The notes beneath the pieces were generated by a model. It was not told where the DNA came from. It made no database searches and was given only the letters and a program-made list of their open reading frames with translations. Made by a program: the position numbers and the translations under genes. Source: a candidate division WOR-3 bacterium (GTDB lineage: Bacteria; Hydrothermota; 32-111). From it: DNA of 64,000 nt. This document shows positions 51,437 to 62,591 of this stretch, piece by piece; the stretch's first letter is position 1; each line of letters opens with the position of its first letter. The DNA is taken from positions 800,001 through 864,000 of the forward strand of contig JBDRZU010000001.1 of assembly GCA_039804105.1 (NCBI GenBank), in the 5' to 3' direction.

Positions 51437-53159
51437 AAGAGAAAAGAGTGTAAACATTTTTCTTAAAAATTTGCTGAGCATTTTTACAACCATATTTGTT
51501 ATAACTTTGGTTTTGAATCTCTTTTTTAAGCAGATAGTTTTACATTATTCTCTTGATGATCTGTACAGAAAAAAAAGTTCAATAAAATTTTTTGATAAAG
51601 CCGAAAGAGGACTTATAAAAGATAGAAAAGGATATGTTATTGCAACCAATATCAATTCTTACAATATTTATGTATCAAAAAAACTCGTTAAAAATATAGA
51701 AAATGTGGCAAGGATCCTTTCAGAAAACTCTATAGTTGATTATCATACAGCATTAAAAAAATTGAATTCAAGAAAAGAGTGGATTCCTATTAAATTTAAT
51801 GTTGACGAAAGTATAGCTTTAAAATTAAAAAACAGATATCCAAGTATAATCGTTAAAGAAGAAAAAACACGATACTACAATAAACCAGAAGTATTCTCTA
51901 ATGTTGTTGGTTTTGTTGGTGTTGATGATACTGGTCTTGAAGGTATTGAATACAAATATGACAAAATCCTTAAAGGTAAAAATGGTTATATAACCTACCA
52001 GAAAAAACCAAATGGAAAAATATATAAACATCCTTTAAATGAAGATAAACCAGCAAAAAAAGGAAAAGATATAATTTTAACACTCGATTATAGGTTTCAG
52101 GAAACATGTTATAACATCGCAAAAGAATATTGTGAAAGATTTTCAGCAAAAAAAGCACTCGTTATAGTTTTAGAGAGTAAAACAGGTGAAATTTTTGCAA
52201 TAGCAGAGTATCCGTCCTATAATTCGAATCTTCATGGCTTGGGAGATATTTCTACCTATCAAAACTATGGAGCAATAAACCTGTTTGAACCAGGTTCGGT
52301 TTTCAAAATTGTTGTAACTGCAGCAGCGATAGAAGCAGGCATTGATACATCGATCATATTAAAACAGGAAGACGAAGATACTTTGATAATTTCAAAGAGA
52401 AGAATAACCGACTCTCACAATTTCGGAAAGTTAAATTTCAAAGAATCCTTTATTGTTTCAAGTAATATAGCATTCGTCAACCTTGGAAAAGAAGTGGGGA
52501 AAGAAAAAGTTTATAGTATGATCAAAAGGTTTAAATTCCTATCGAAGACATACTCAGGTTTTCCTGGAGAACAATCAGGACAAATAACACCTTTAGAAAA
52601 ATGCAGAGAAATAAATTTTGCTAATCTCTGCTTTGGACAGGGAATCAGTGTGACCGCATTACAACTTGTTGCTGCATATAATTGCATAGCAAACGATGGG
52701 ATTTATATAAATCCAAAAATAGTTAAAGAAATCGACAATAAAACAACGGAAAAAAATATTAAGGAAAAAATCCTTCAAAAGAATGTTGCATTAAAACTGA
52801 AAGAATTATTGTTATCTGTAGTTGAAAATGGAACGGGAATAAAAGCAAAAGTGGATGGGATAAAAATTGCTGGAAAAACTGGAACTGCAGAAAAATATAT
52901 TGAAAACACAGGTTATAAAAAAGGATACTATATCTCTTCCTTCGTGGGATTCTTTCCTGCTGATGATCCTGTATTTACGATCTTAACACTTCTTGATGAA
53001 CCTAAAAAACAGTATTGGGCGAGTGAGACAGCAGCTCCAATGTTTTCTGATGTTTTAAAAAGAATAATAAACCTTGACGATTACAGATTTCTTGTAGAAA
53101 AGAATAAAGACAGGGAGATAATCGAAAATGGAACTAAAAGATTTGCTAAAAGATCTTGA
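51414..53159 (+). CDS. ftsI: Class B PBP / FtsI transpeptidase
   Basis: RG.I.DR, GLEGIE, SVFK, SSN, KTGTA. Confidence 0.92.
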   Translation: MNGYLRNRREKSVNIFLKNLLSIFTTIFVITLVLNLFFKQIVLHYSLDDLYRKKSSIKFFDKAERGLIKDRKGYVIATNINSYNIYVSKKLVKNIENVARILSENSIVDYHTALKKLNSRKEWIPIKFNVDESIALKLKNRYPSIIVKEEKTRYYNKPEVFSNVVGFVGVDDTGLEGIEYKYDKILKGKNGYITYQKKPNGKIYKHPLNEDKPAKKGKDIILTLDYRFQETCYNIAKEYCERFSAKKALVIVLESKTGEIFAIAEYPSYNSNLHGLGDISTYQNYGAINLFEPGSVFKIVVTAAAIEAGIDTSIILKQEDEDTLIISKRRITDSHNFGKLNFKESFIVSSNIAFVNLGKEVGKEKVYSMIKRFKFLSKTYSGFPGEQSGQITPLEKCREINFANLCFGQGISVTALQLVAAYNCIANDGIYINPKIVKEIDNKTTEKNIKEKILQKNVALKLKELLLSVVENGTGIKAKVDGIKIAGKTGTAEKYIENTGYKKGYYISSFVGFFPADDPVFTILTLLDEPKKQYWASETAAPMFSDVLKRIINLDDYRFLVEKNKDREIIENGTKRFAKRS

Positions 53160-54579
53160 GATCGAAACATTAAATCTAAAAAATGTTGAGATAACCGACA
53201 TTACTGACGATTCACGGAAAGTGATGAAAGGCTCCCTCTTTGTTGCGTTAAAAGGAAACAATTACAATGGAAATCTTTTTATTAAAGATGCAATAAAGCA
53301 AGGTGCTCTGGCTGTTTTAACTGAAGAAAGACCAAAAGAGAATCTTGATATCCCAATAATAATTTCAAAAGATATAAACAATGATATAAAAAAGATCGCA
53401 AAAAAATTTTATAACAATCCTTTCAACAAAATAAAAACTATAGGAGTAACCGGAACAAACGGAAAAACAACCACAACATATTTGATCAAATCTATTTTAG
53501 ATTTAGATTACAAAACAGGTCTTATAGGAACAATAAAAACAATAATAAACAATAAAGAATTTGAATCCATAAACACTACACCAAATACATTAACATTGAT
53601 AAAACTTTTCAAAAATATGGTGGATGAAAAGGTCAATTATGCAGTTATGGAAGTTTCAAGTCATGGTCTCAAATTGAACAGGATAGATGGTATTACTTTT
53701 GAATCGGTTATATTCACAAATCTTACACAGGACCACCTTGATTTTCATAAAACCATGGAAGATTATAGGAATTCAAAATTGATCCTATTCTCTCTAGTAA
53801 AAGAAAACGGAAGTAGCATAATAAACCTTGATGATCCGAATTCAAAATTTTTTGTTGAATCATCCAAAACGAAAAATATTTTTACCTTCGGAATAAAAAA
53901 TCAGGATGCAAGATTTCAAATAAAAATTGAAAAGATTTCACTCGATGGTTCAGTCTTTACAATCATTGATAAACAAGAAAACAAAAATTATCAAATAAAA
54001 ACAAAACTAATAGGTGAACCCAATATTTACAATTGTGCTTCAGCTTTTCTTACTTGCTACTCACTTAAAATTCCCGTAGAAAAAATAAAAGAAGGTTTAG
54101 AAAAAGCTAATCCTGTAAAGGGAAGATATGAAATATACTATGATAAAAGGGGTTTTAAAATCATAATCGATTATGCACATTCTCCAGATTCACTTGAAAG
54201 ATTAATAAAAACCGTTAGAAGATTGACACCAGGAAAAATCATTACCGTTTTCGGGTGCGGAGGTGATCGAGACAAAGAGAAAAGACCAATAATGGGTAAA
54301 ATAGCATCGCATCTTTCAGATATAGTTGTGTTGACATCAGATAACCCAAGGAATGAAGATCCTAATAGGATAATCGACGATATTATTAAAGGGATAATTG
54401 AAAAAAATTATATAGTCGAAGTTAATAGAAAAAATGCTATAAAACTTGCATTTTCTCACGCAAGTGAGAAAGATTCAATTATAATAGCTGGCAAAGGTCA
54501 TGAAGATTATCAAATAATCAAGAATAAGAAATATCATTTCGACGATAGTGAAGTTGTTAAAGGTTTTATGAAATCATAA
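53128..54579 (+). CDS. murE: UDP-MurNAc-dipeptide--meso-DAP ligase
   Basis: GTNGKTT, MEVSSH, DYAH, DNPR (DAP-type), GKGHE. Confidence 0.96.
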   Translation: MELKDLLKDLEIETLNLKNVEITDITDDSRKVMKGSLFVALKGNNYNGNLFIKDAIKQGALAVLTEERPKENLDIPIIISKDINNDIKKIAKKFYNNPFNKIKTIGVTGTNGKTTTTYLIKSILDLDYKTGLIGTIKTIINNKEFESINTTPNTLTLIKLFKNMVDEKVNYAVMEVSSHGLKLNRIDGITFESVIFTNLTQDHLDFHKTMEDYRNSKLILFSLVKENGSSIINLDDPNSKFFVESSKTKNIFTFGIKNQDARFQIKIEKISLDGSVFTIIDKQENKNYQIKTKLIGEPNIYNCASAFLTCYSLKIPVEKIKEGLEKANPVKGRYEIYYDKRGFKIIIDYAHSPDSLERLIKTVRRLTPGKIITVFGCGGDRDKEKRPIMGKIASHLSDIVVLTSDNPRNEDPNRIIDDIIKGIIEKNYIVEVNRKNAIKLAFSHASEKDSIIIAGKGHEDYQIIKNKKYHFDDSEVVKGFMKS

Positions 54580-54583
54580 AAAT

Positions 54584-55918
54584 ATGGAAACAATTAATTT
54601 TGAATTTATCAAAAATGCCACAAAAGGAAAACCTGTTAACATAAAAGATTTTACAACCTTTGTTCAAGATATTTCAACGGATAGTAGAAATATTAAAAAA
54701 AACTGTTTATTTGTACCGATAAAGGGGGAAAAGTTTGATGGCCATGACTTTATACAGGATAGTTTCAACAAAGGTGCAATTTTAACATTAAGTGAAAAAG
54801 ATCTAATCGGTTTACCATATATCAAAGTAAAAAACACCATATTGGCATTAAACGATTTGGCAAAAGAATATTTAAAAAAATTCAATCCCTTAAAAATAGG
54901 AATAACAGGTTCGAATGGAAAAACAACAACCAAAGATATGATATTTTCAGTCATAGATAACGATGATAAGATCGCAACAAAAGGCAATACAAATAATCTA
55001 ATTGGAGTTCCTTTAAACATATTCAGAGTTGATAAAAAAACTAAATATTTAATTCTTGAGATGGGAATGAATAACAAAGGAGAACTCTCTTTACTGAGTA
55101 ATACGGTTGAACCTGATATTATAATAATCACAAATATAAATGAATCACATATAGGCAATTTTGAATCTTTTGATCACCTTATCGAATCTAAATTTGAAAT
55201 TTTAAAAAATTTCAAGAGAAATTATCCTGTTGTAATAAATGGTGATAATCCACACATTTTGAAGAAACTTCCACAAAATTTGAAAATTATAACATTTGGT
55301 TTGAAGAACGAAAATGATGTTTTTCCAGAAAAATTTGAAATAGAGAAAACATATTCAAAAATCTTTATAGACGGCAGGGAATTTAAAATTAATATTCCTG
55401 GAATCGGTGGTATACATTCTTTCCTGATCGTTTACACTTTAAAAAAGTTTTTTGAAAATGTTATCGAGATCAATATTGAAAAAGGTCTGGAGGATTTCTA
55501 TCCATCAGAAAACAGAATGAACATTGTTTCAATAGATAAAATCACAATAATTGATGATTCATACAATGCAAATCCAGCATCAATGAAAAATGGTATCGAA
55601 GTGCTATCAAAATTTAACTCAAGAAAAATCGCTGTTCTATCCGATATGCTTGAACTCGGAAAAGAATCTGAAAGGTTGCACAAAAAAATCGGAGAAATAT
55701 TAAACGAAAATAAAATCGATGTACTTATAACATTGGGAAACTATTCCAAATTGATCAACTCAATTTTCATTGGAGAAAAATACCATTTCGACGAAAACAA
55801 AAAACTTTTAGATTTCTTAAAAAGGTTTATTAAAGAAGGAGACACTGTACTAGTTAAAGGTTCGCATCATTTTGAAATGTTTGAAATAGTAAAACAGTTA
55901 AAGGAATATTTAAAATGA
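54584..55918 (+). CDS. murF: UDP-MurNAc-tripeptide--D-Ala-D-Ala ligase
   Basis: GSNGKTTTK, LEMGM, DDSYNANP, DMLELG, KGS. Confidence 0.95.
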   Translation: METINFEFIKNATKGKPVNIKDFTTFVQDISTDSRNIKKNCLFVPIKGEKFDGHDFIQDSFNKGAILTLSEKDLIGLPYIKVKNTILALNDLAKEYLKKFNPLKIGITGSNGKTTTKDMIFSVIDNDDKIATKGNTNNLIGVPLNIFRVDKKTKYLILEMGMNNKGELSLLSNTVEPDIIIITNINESHIGNFESFDHLIESKFEILKNFKRNYPVVINGDNPHILKKLPQNLKIITFGLKNENDVFPEKFEIEKTYSKIFIDGREFKINIPGIGGIHSFLIVYTLKKFFENVIEINIEKGLEDFYPSENRMNIVSIDKITIIDDSYNANPASMKNGIEVLSKFNSRKIAVLSDMLELGKESERLHKKIGEILNENKIDVLITLGNYSKLINSIFIGEKYHFDENKKLLDFLKRFIKEGDTVLVKGSHHFEMFEIVKQLKEYLK

Positions 55919-56988
55919 TAACAACTATTTTGTCTTCCATATTTGATGATGTGGCGCTTTTCAAATACATAACATTCAAGGCTGCAATGTCTTCAATAAC
56001 ATCTCTTTTTTTCATATTCATCTTTGGAAGAAAACTTGTTAACCTTTTGAAAAAATTTTCCGTTACCGAAAAGATCAGAGAGGATGGACCAAAACAACAT
56101 TACAAAAAAGAAGGTACTCCAACGATGGGAGGGATAATAATCATTCTCTCTATCTTGTTGGGAACGATTCTGTGGGCTGATCTTTCAAACATTTATATCA
56201 AGTTTATTTTGATGATAACTTTTTTATTTTTTATTTTGGGATTTACGGATGATATTTTAAAGTTTAAAAATAAAAAGGGATTGATACCAAAATATAAACT
56301 TATCTTTCAGTTAATCATATCAATTTTAATTTTTGTTTTTATAACAAAAAATCCAGATTACTATGATTTTAAATATCAAACAAATATTCTTTTTATAAAA
56401 AATATTCTTTTTAATCTATCTTTAATGTATCTTCCATTTATCATAATAGTTCTTCTTGGGACAACAAACGCTGTAAATCTGACTGATGGACTTGACGGTC
56501 TTGCTTCTGGAATGCTTGCAATTGTTTTCACATTGTTTGCAATAGTAACCTATATAATGGGGAACAAGGTGTTCAGTAACTATCTTAACATTCTATACAT
56601 AAAAAATATTGGGGAACTTTCTGTGTTCGCTTTAACCTGTGCATCCGCATCCCTTGGATTTCTTTGGTTCAATTCTTATCCAGCAGAAATCTTTATGGGA
56701 GATACAGGATCCATTACACTTGGAGGACTTCTCGCAACTATCGCGATCATATCAAAACAGGAAATACTATTACTTATAGGCGGTGGATTGTTTGCAGTTG
56801 AAGCGTTATCCTCTTTGATACAGATATACTATTTCAAAATAACGAAAGGAAAGAGATTTTTCAAAATGGCTCCATTACATCACCATTTTGAACTTTCGGG
56901 AATACCAGAGCCAAAAATAGTCATAAGATTCTGGATCGTTACGATCCTTCTTGTGATAATAGCTTTAAGCACTTTGAAAGTGAGATGA
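55915..56988 (+). CDS. mraY: Phospho-MurNAc-pentapeptide translocase
   Basis: TPTMGG, NAVNLTDGLDGL, FMGDTGS, APLHHHFE. Confidence 0.98.
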   Translation: MITTILSSIFDDVALFKYITFKAAMSSITSLFFIFIFGRKLVNLLKKFSVTEKIREDGPKQHYKKEGTPTMGGIIIILSILLGTILWADLSNIYIKFILMITFLFFILGFTDDILKFKNKKGLIPKYKLIFQLIISILIFVFITKNPDYYDFKYQTNILFIKNILFNLSLMYLPFIIIVLLGTTNAVNLTDGLDGLASGMLAIVFTLFAIVTYIMGNKVFSNYLNILYIKNIGELSVFALTCASASLGFLWFNSYPAEIFMGDTGSITLGGLLATIAIISKQEILLLIGGGLFAVEALSSLIQIYYFKITKGKRFFKMAPLHHHFELSGIPEPKIVIRFWIVTILLVIIALSTLKVR

Positions 56989-56989
56989 T

Positions 56990-58342
56990 ATGAACGAGTT
57001 TGAGAATAAAAAAATAGGTATCGTCGGATTTGGAAGAAGTGGACAAAATGTTGCAAAAATATTAAAAGCAAGAGGTGCAAATATCTTTGTTAGCGAAAAT
57101 AAAAACATGAATAAGGATCAGTTAAAAATAATTGCTGATTACAATCTGGATTATGAGATAGGACATTCAGAAAAACTTCTTTCAAACGACATTCTTGTAA
57201 TAAGTCCTGGAGTTGATAACAATATAGAAATAATAAAAAAAGCAAAAAATCAAAAAATACCGATCTTTTCTGAAATAGAGATAGCAGCAAGATTTTTAAA
57301 AAATAAGGTCATTGCAATTACGGGAACAAATGGTAAATCAACAACAGCATTTTTAACATATCAACTTTTAAAGTTAAACGGAAGGAAAGCTTATCTTGGA
57401 GGAAACATAAGTCCAGGGAAATCTTTAAGTGAAATCGTAATCGAAAACCCTTCAAAAGATGCCATAATAGTTGTTGAAATATCATCATTTCAACTTGAAA
57501 ACATTTCAAAATTCTCACCAAATATAGGAATCATAACATCTATATCCGATGACCACCTTGATAGATACTGTTCATTTCAAGATTATCTAAATACAAAGTT
57601 AAAACTTTTGAAGAGCGTAAAAAAGGATGGTTATAAAATCTTGAACTATGATAATGAATTTTTGAGAGTTCAAAAAGATCAAAATACTTTTTTTGTTTCA
57701 ATCAAGGAAGAAGTTGAAAATGGAGGATTTTTAAATGATGGTAGAGTGATCCTCAGGATAGACAAAAGAGAATTGGTATATGATATTAAAAAATTCAATC
57801 TCATCGGAATACATAACATACAAAATTTAATTTTTGGTATTCTTTCAACATTCTTGATTTCAGATAAAGAAATAAAAATAACTTCTGATGACTTTTCTCA
57901 ACTAAAAGGGATTGAGCATAGGCTTGAATTTGTCGGAGAAATAAACAACAAAAAGATTTATAACAACTCGATGTGCACAAATCCTGAAGCGTTCATTAAA
58001 TCTGTAGAATCACTTGGAAACAAACAGATCATAATACTCGGTGGAAGAAACAAAAATTTCAATTTTGAATCGATAATAGGAACTATAAAAAAGCATGCTG
58101 TTTTTGTTGTGCTGATAGGGGAAGTAAAAGAAATACTCATAGAAAAACTTCTCCAAAATGGATACGAAAAATTTTATTCAGCGGATTCACTGGATGACGC
58201 GGTAAAAAAATCGCTTGAAATTGAAGATGGGGAAATTGTAAATTTTTCTCCTGGGTTCAGTTCGTTTGATATGTTTAAAGATTTTATTGATAGAGGTAAC
58301 AAATTTAAAGAAATAGTAAAAAAATATGAGAGACATCCATAA
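56990..58342 (+). CDS. murD: UDP-MurNAc-L-Ala--D-Glu ligase
   Basis: SPG, GTNGKST, EISSFQL, DHLDRY, HRLE, SFDMF..F.DRG. Confidence 0.95.
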   Translation: MNEFENKKIGIVGFGRSGQNVAKILKARGANIFVSENKNMNKDQLKIIADYNLDYEIGHSEKLLSNDILVISPGVDNNIEIIKKAKNQKIPIFSEIEIAARFLKNKVIAITGTNGKSTTAFLTYQLLKLNGRKAYLGGNISPGKSLSEIVIENPSKDAIIVVEISSFQLENISKFSPNIGIITSISDDHLDRYCSFQDYLNTKLKLLKSVKKDGYKILNYDNEFLRVQKDQNTFFVSIKEEVENGGFLNDGRVILRIDKRELVYDIKKFNLIGIHNIQNLIFGILSTFLISDKEIKITSDDFSQLKGIEHRLEFVGEINNKKIYNNSMCTNPEAFIKSVESLGNKQIIILGGRNKNFNFESIIGTIKKHAVFVVLIGEVKEILIEKLLQNGYEKFYSADSLDDAVKKSLEIEDGEIVNFSPGFSSFDMFKDFIDRGNKFKEIVKKYERHP

Positions 58343-59393
58343 AATTTATTTCATAGTTTTACTACTTTTAATATGTGGACTGGTTATTTTGACTTCCGCT
58401 ACAACATTTTTGAGTTATCAGAACAAATCCTTTAAGAACAATCCATACTATTTTTTAACAAGACAGATATGCTGGATAATAGTAGGGATCTTTGTTGCTA
58501 TAGCCATAAGTAATATTGATATAAGAAAAATCAATGAGAAAGTGTTTTTTTACATTTTGATCATATCTATTATACTCCTCATCGTGGTTTTATTCACAAA
58601 ACCTATAAATGGTGCAAGAAGATGGTTGAGATTTTCTTCTTTTTCGTTCCAGCCATCAGAATTTGCCGAACTCGCAATGCTTTTATACGTTTCCAAAAAG
58701 TTTTCAAGCATAAAGAATCAAAAAGATATAATTTTTCCGATTCTCTTTTCCTTCATAGTAATCAGTTTAATAGCTATAGAACCAAACATATCATATGCTT
58801 TGACTCTTATGATAATCCTAATTGTCATAATGATATACAGTGAAATTCCAGCTGGATATACCCTGTCTATAATTTTGTTTACGATTTTATTTTCTCCAAT
58901 AATAATTTTAAAATACCCACATGCTCTTTTAAGAATAAAGATGTTTTTGAACAAAGTTCCTGATAATTCACAGATATCCGATTCTGTTCTTGCGATAGCA
59001 AACGGTGGACTTTTTGGAAAAGGTATAGGATCCGGACAGATGAAACTCCTGTTTATACCTGAGATACAGAGTGATTACATCTTTACAACAATAGCAGAGG
59101 AAACAGGTTTTCTAGGAAGTATTTTCATCATCCTGATATACATTTCTCTTTTTAAACTTGGTAAGGAGATTTCAAAAAAGAATCTGTACATCAACAGATT
59201 TTTTTACATACTCGCTTTTTCAATATCTTTTACTATATTTATAAAAGCCATGTTTCACATTGCAATATCACTTCAAATGTTTCCATCAACAGGGGTTACA
59301 CTTCCTTTTATTTCGTATGGTGGAACATCGATGTTGATAAATCTCATATTGCTAGGTTTACTTGTCAACATAGAGAGGTACAATGAGTTTTAA
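58326..59393 (+). CDS. ftsW: SEDS peptidoglycan polymerase FtsW
   Basis: GARRW, FQPSE, GG..G.G, P.TG.TLPFISYGG. Confidence 0.93.
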   Translation: MRDIHKIYFIVLLLLICGLVILTSATTFLSYQNKSFKNNPYYFLTRQICWIIVGIFVAIAISNIDIRKINEKVFFYILIISIILLIVVLFTKPINGARRWLRFSSFSFQPSEFAELAMLLYVSKKFSSIKNQKDIIFPILFSFIVISLIAIEPNISYALTLMIILIVIMIYSEIPAGYTLSIILFTILFSPIIILKYPHALLRIKMFLNKVPDNSQISDSVLAIANGGLFGKGIGSGQMKLLFIPEIQSDYIFTTIAEETGFLGSIFIILIYISLFKLGKEISKKNLYINRFFYILAFSISFTIFIKAMFHIAISLQMFPSTGVTLPFISYGGTSMLINLILLGLLVNIERYNEF

Positions 59394-60402
59394 AAAACAA
59401 AATCGCAAAATAGTCATCTGTGCTGGTGGCACTGGAGGTCATATAATACCTGCCATAACTTTAGGAAAAAATTTGACAGGTTATGATGTTTTTTACATTT
59501 GTGGAAACAGAGATATAGAAAGAAAAATATACAAAACTTTTAATCTAAATCCAATCGTTCTCGATATAAAATCTTTTAAATCATTCTCTTACATTTTAAA
59601 ATTCCCTTCTTTACTCTTCAATTCAATTAGAACCTTATCATCCATAAATCCAAGAACAGTGATAATAACCGGAAACTATATTTCCTTTTCAGTAGGTCTT
59701 GCAACAATATTACTCGGGAAAAAACTTATAATTCTTGAACAGGATGCTATAATTGGAAAAACGAACAGGATATTTTCATTTTTCTCATATAAAATTTTCA
59801 CGGGATTCCCTGCACCTTTCAGATATGTAAACAACAGAAAAATAATTCATATCGGTCATATATTAAGGGAGAATATTTTTGAATTTTCAAAGGATAACAA
59901 TCTTATTATCGATTCAACCAAAAAAACGATTCTCATATTTGGTGGGAGCCAGGGTGCAAAAAATGTCGCAAAAAAAATTTTGGATTTCCTTTATCCTTTA
60001 AATCAAAAATACAATATAATTCTCATTGCGGGAAACCACTATGAGGAATTTAAACAATACAAAAATATTACAGTGCTTCCCTTTTATGAAAACATGGGGT
60101 TTTTGTATTCGATATCAGATATAGTCATTTCAAGGAGTGGAGCAATTTCGGTTGCCGAAATAAAAGCATTAAATAAAAAGGCTATCTTTATACCTTTTGA
60201 AAGTGCATCGAACAAAGAACAGATGATCAACATAAAAAAAATCAATCTTGACCCAAATCTGTTTATGGTAATAAGAGAAAAAAAATTATCAGAAGAAAGT
60301 CTAACATTCGCTGTTGAAAAACTCTTAAACATTAAAAATGAAAATAAAATTTCCTCTAACAATTTATGTGAACAGATGGGGATGGTAAAGCAATATGTTT
60401 AG
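59383..60402 (+). CDS. murG: Lipid II GlcNAc transferase
   Basis: GGTGGH, EQ...G..N, GGSQGA, RSGA...E. Confidence 0.93.
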   Translation: MSFKKQNRKIVICAGGTGGHIIPAITLGKNLTGYDVFYICGNRDIERKIYKTFNLNPIVLDIKSFKSFSYILKFPSLLFNSIRTLSSINPRTVIITGNYISFSVGLATILLGKKLIILEQDAIIGKTNRIFSFFSYKIFTGFPAPFRYVNNRKIIHIGHILRENIFEFSKDNNLIIDSTKKTILIFGGSQGAKNVAKKILDFLYPLNQKYNIILIAGNHYEEFKQYKNITVLPFYENMGFLYSISDIVISRSGAISVAEIKALNKKAIFIPFESASNKEQMINIKKINLDPNLFMVIREKKLSEESLTFAVEKLLNIKNENKISSNNLCEQMGMVKQYV

Positions 60403-61783
60403 AAATATTGAAAACATTCATTTTGTGGGAATAGGTGGAATAGGAATGAGTGGAATCGCTGAGGTACTTGCTGGAATGGGTTATAAGATAACTGGGTCTG
60501 ATATCAAAGATTCCCCTATCATCCAGCATCTCAGAGATATCGGGATTACCGTTTATATCGGACACAGATGGGAAAATGTTGTCAATGCTGATGTTGTGGT
60601 TTATTCATCAGCTGTAAAGATGGACAATGTTGAACTCGTTTATGCTATCAAAGAAAAAATACCTGTGATACAGAGAGCCGAAATGCTAGCCGAACTTATG
60701 AGAATGAAGTTTTCTATCGGTGTAGCTGGAACACATGGAAAAACCACGACAACTTCACTGATCGCTTCAATATTCAAAAAAGCAAAACTCGATCCTACAT
60801 TGATAATTGGTGGACAGGTAAAAATATTTTCCGATTCGAACGCTACTCTGGGAAAGGGAGATTATCTGATTGCTGAAGCTGATGAAAGTGATAAATCATT
60901 TTTAAAATTATTCCCATCGATAGCTGTTATAACAAATATAGATGAAGATCATCTCGATAACTACAGCGATATTAATGAAATAAAAGAACATTTTGTAAAA
61001 TTTGCCAATTCGGTTCCCTTTTATGGTTGTGTCGTTATCTGCATAGATGATCTTAACAACAATGAGATCATTCCGAAAATTGAAAAAAAGATTATAACCT
61101 ATGGATTTTTAAGAAAAGCAGATGTCAAAGCAATAAATGTGAGAATGGGAGTTTTGAACTCTTCATACACTATGGTTTTTAAAAATATGCCTATAGGTGA
61201 AATCCAGTTAAATATACCAGGGAAACATAACATTTTAAACTCTCTCGCAGCGATTTCCGTTGCAATCGAAATGGGGATCCCCTATAAAATAATATTTGAG
61301 GGAATAAAGGATTTTACAGGTGTAAAAAGACGGTTTGAAATCATTTATAAAAACAAAGAAAAAGATATCTATGTTATTGACGATTACGCACATCATCCAA
61401 ATGAAATATTTACAGTTATTAGTTCAGCAAAGAATATGGGAGATTATAAACTCATAACAATCTTTCAACCACATCTATATTCAAGAACAATCAAACTTTT
61501 AAACCAGTTTGCCGAAATTCTTTCAAAATCTGATATAACTATAGTTACAGATATATATCCCGCAAGAGAATTGCCAATAAAAGGAGTATCGGGAGCAAAT
61601 CTTTACGAAGAGATTAAAAAACTGAAAAGTGAAGATGTTTACTATGTTGAAGATAAAAATAAAATAAAAGATTTTTTAAAAAATTTTATAAAAGAAAAAA
61701 CTGTGTTTCTTTTCATAGGTGCGGGAGATATAAACAATTATTCACATGCATTCGTAGAGGAAATCAAACATGAAAATCTATAA
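60395..61783 (+). CDS. murC: UDP-MurNAc--L-Ala ligase
   Basis: GIGGIGMSG, GTHGKTTT, EADESD, DDYAHHP, FQPH. Confidence 0.98.
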   Translation: MFRNIENIHFVGIGGIGMSGIAEVLAGMGYKITGSDIKDSPIIQHLRDIGITVYIGHRWENVVNADVVVYSSAVKMDNVELVYAIKEKIPVIQRAEMLAELMRMKFSIGVAGTHGKTTTTSLIASIFKKAKLDPTLIIGGQVKIFSDSNATLGKGDYLIAEADESDKSFLKLFPSIAVITNIDEDHLDNYSDINEIKEHFVKFANSVPFYGCVVICIDDLNNNEIIPKIEKKIITYGFLRKADVKAINVRMGVLNSSYTMVFKNMPIGEIQLNIPGKHNILNSLAAISVAIEMGIPYKIIFEGIKDFTGVKRRFEIIYKNKEKDIYVIDDYAHHPNEIFTVISSAKNMGDYKLITIFQPHLYSRTIKLLNQFAEILSKSDITIVTDIYPARELPIKGVSGANLYEEIKKLKSEDVYYVEDKNKIKDFLKNFIKEKTVFLFIGAGDINNYSHAFVEEIKHENL

Positions 61784-62591
61784 AAATTTTGATTTTTCAA
61801 AGATATCTTACATCGGAATAGGACATAAAGGAAAACTATTTATTGTCGAAAATCTCGAAGATCTTTTGGAAATCAATGGTTTACAGAAAACAAAAATTCT
61901 TGGGAACTGTTCAAAAATTCTTTTTTCTAAAAAAAGATATGGATACACTTTTTATAAACTCGGTGGGGACTTTCTAAAAATAGAAAAACTTGATGATGAA
62001 AAAATCAGAGTAGGTGGAGGAGTCCTATTCGTTAATTTAATGAACTTTTTGATCAAAGAGAACCTATCGGGTTTTGAGGAACTTGTTGGAATACCCGGAA
62101 CAATAGGTGGAATGATCAAAATGAATGCTGGAGCTTTTGGAAAAAATATTTCAAACAATCTTATTTCTTTGGAAACAATCGATGGAAAAAAATATAAAAA
62201 AGATCTTGTCTTTTCTTATCGAAAATCAAATATTGATTATCCTGTCATTTTTGCAACCTTTAAATTTGAAAAAAACAAAAGGTCCCGAATTCTTAAAAAC
62301 ATTGAAGAATTCGTGAAACTTAGAAGTAAAAATCAACCTAAAGATATCAAAACTTTGGGTTCAACTTTTAAAAATCCATCACCTGATCTCCCTGCATGGA
62401 AACTTGTCGATGATATTGGAATGAGAGGTTTTTGCATCAACGATATTTGTGTTTCAGAAAAACATACAAATTTCTTAGTCAACAGAGGCGCAGGTGATGC
62501 CAAAAGCTATTTAAAAATGATCTCTTTAATCCAGAGAAAAGTTTACAGTGAAAAAAAAGTAAAACTGGAGCTTGAAGTTGAAATACTATAG
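61770..62591 (+). CDS. murB: UDP-N-acetylenolpyruvoylglucosamine reductase
   Basis: GIPGTIGG..KMNAGA, SYR.S, GSTFKNP, HTNF, LELEV. Confidence 0.94.
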   Translation: MKIYKNFDFSKISYIGIGHKGKLFIVENLEDLLEINGLQKTKILGNCSKILFSKKRYGYTFYKLGGDFLKIEKLDDEKIRVGGGVLFVNLMNFLIKENLSGFEELVGIPGTIGGMIKMNAGAFGKNISNNLISLETIDGKKYKKDLVFSYRKSNIDYPVIFATFKFEKNKRSRILKNIEEFVKLRSKNQPKDIKTLGSTFKNPSPDLPAWKLVDDIGMRGFCINDICVSEKHTNFLVNRGAGDAKSYLKMISLIQRKVYSEKKVKLELEVEIL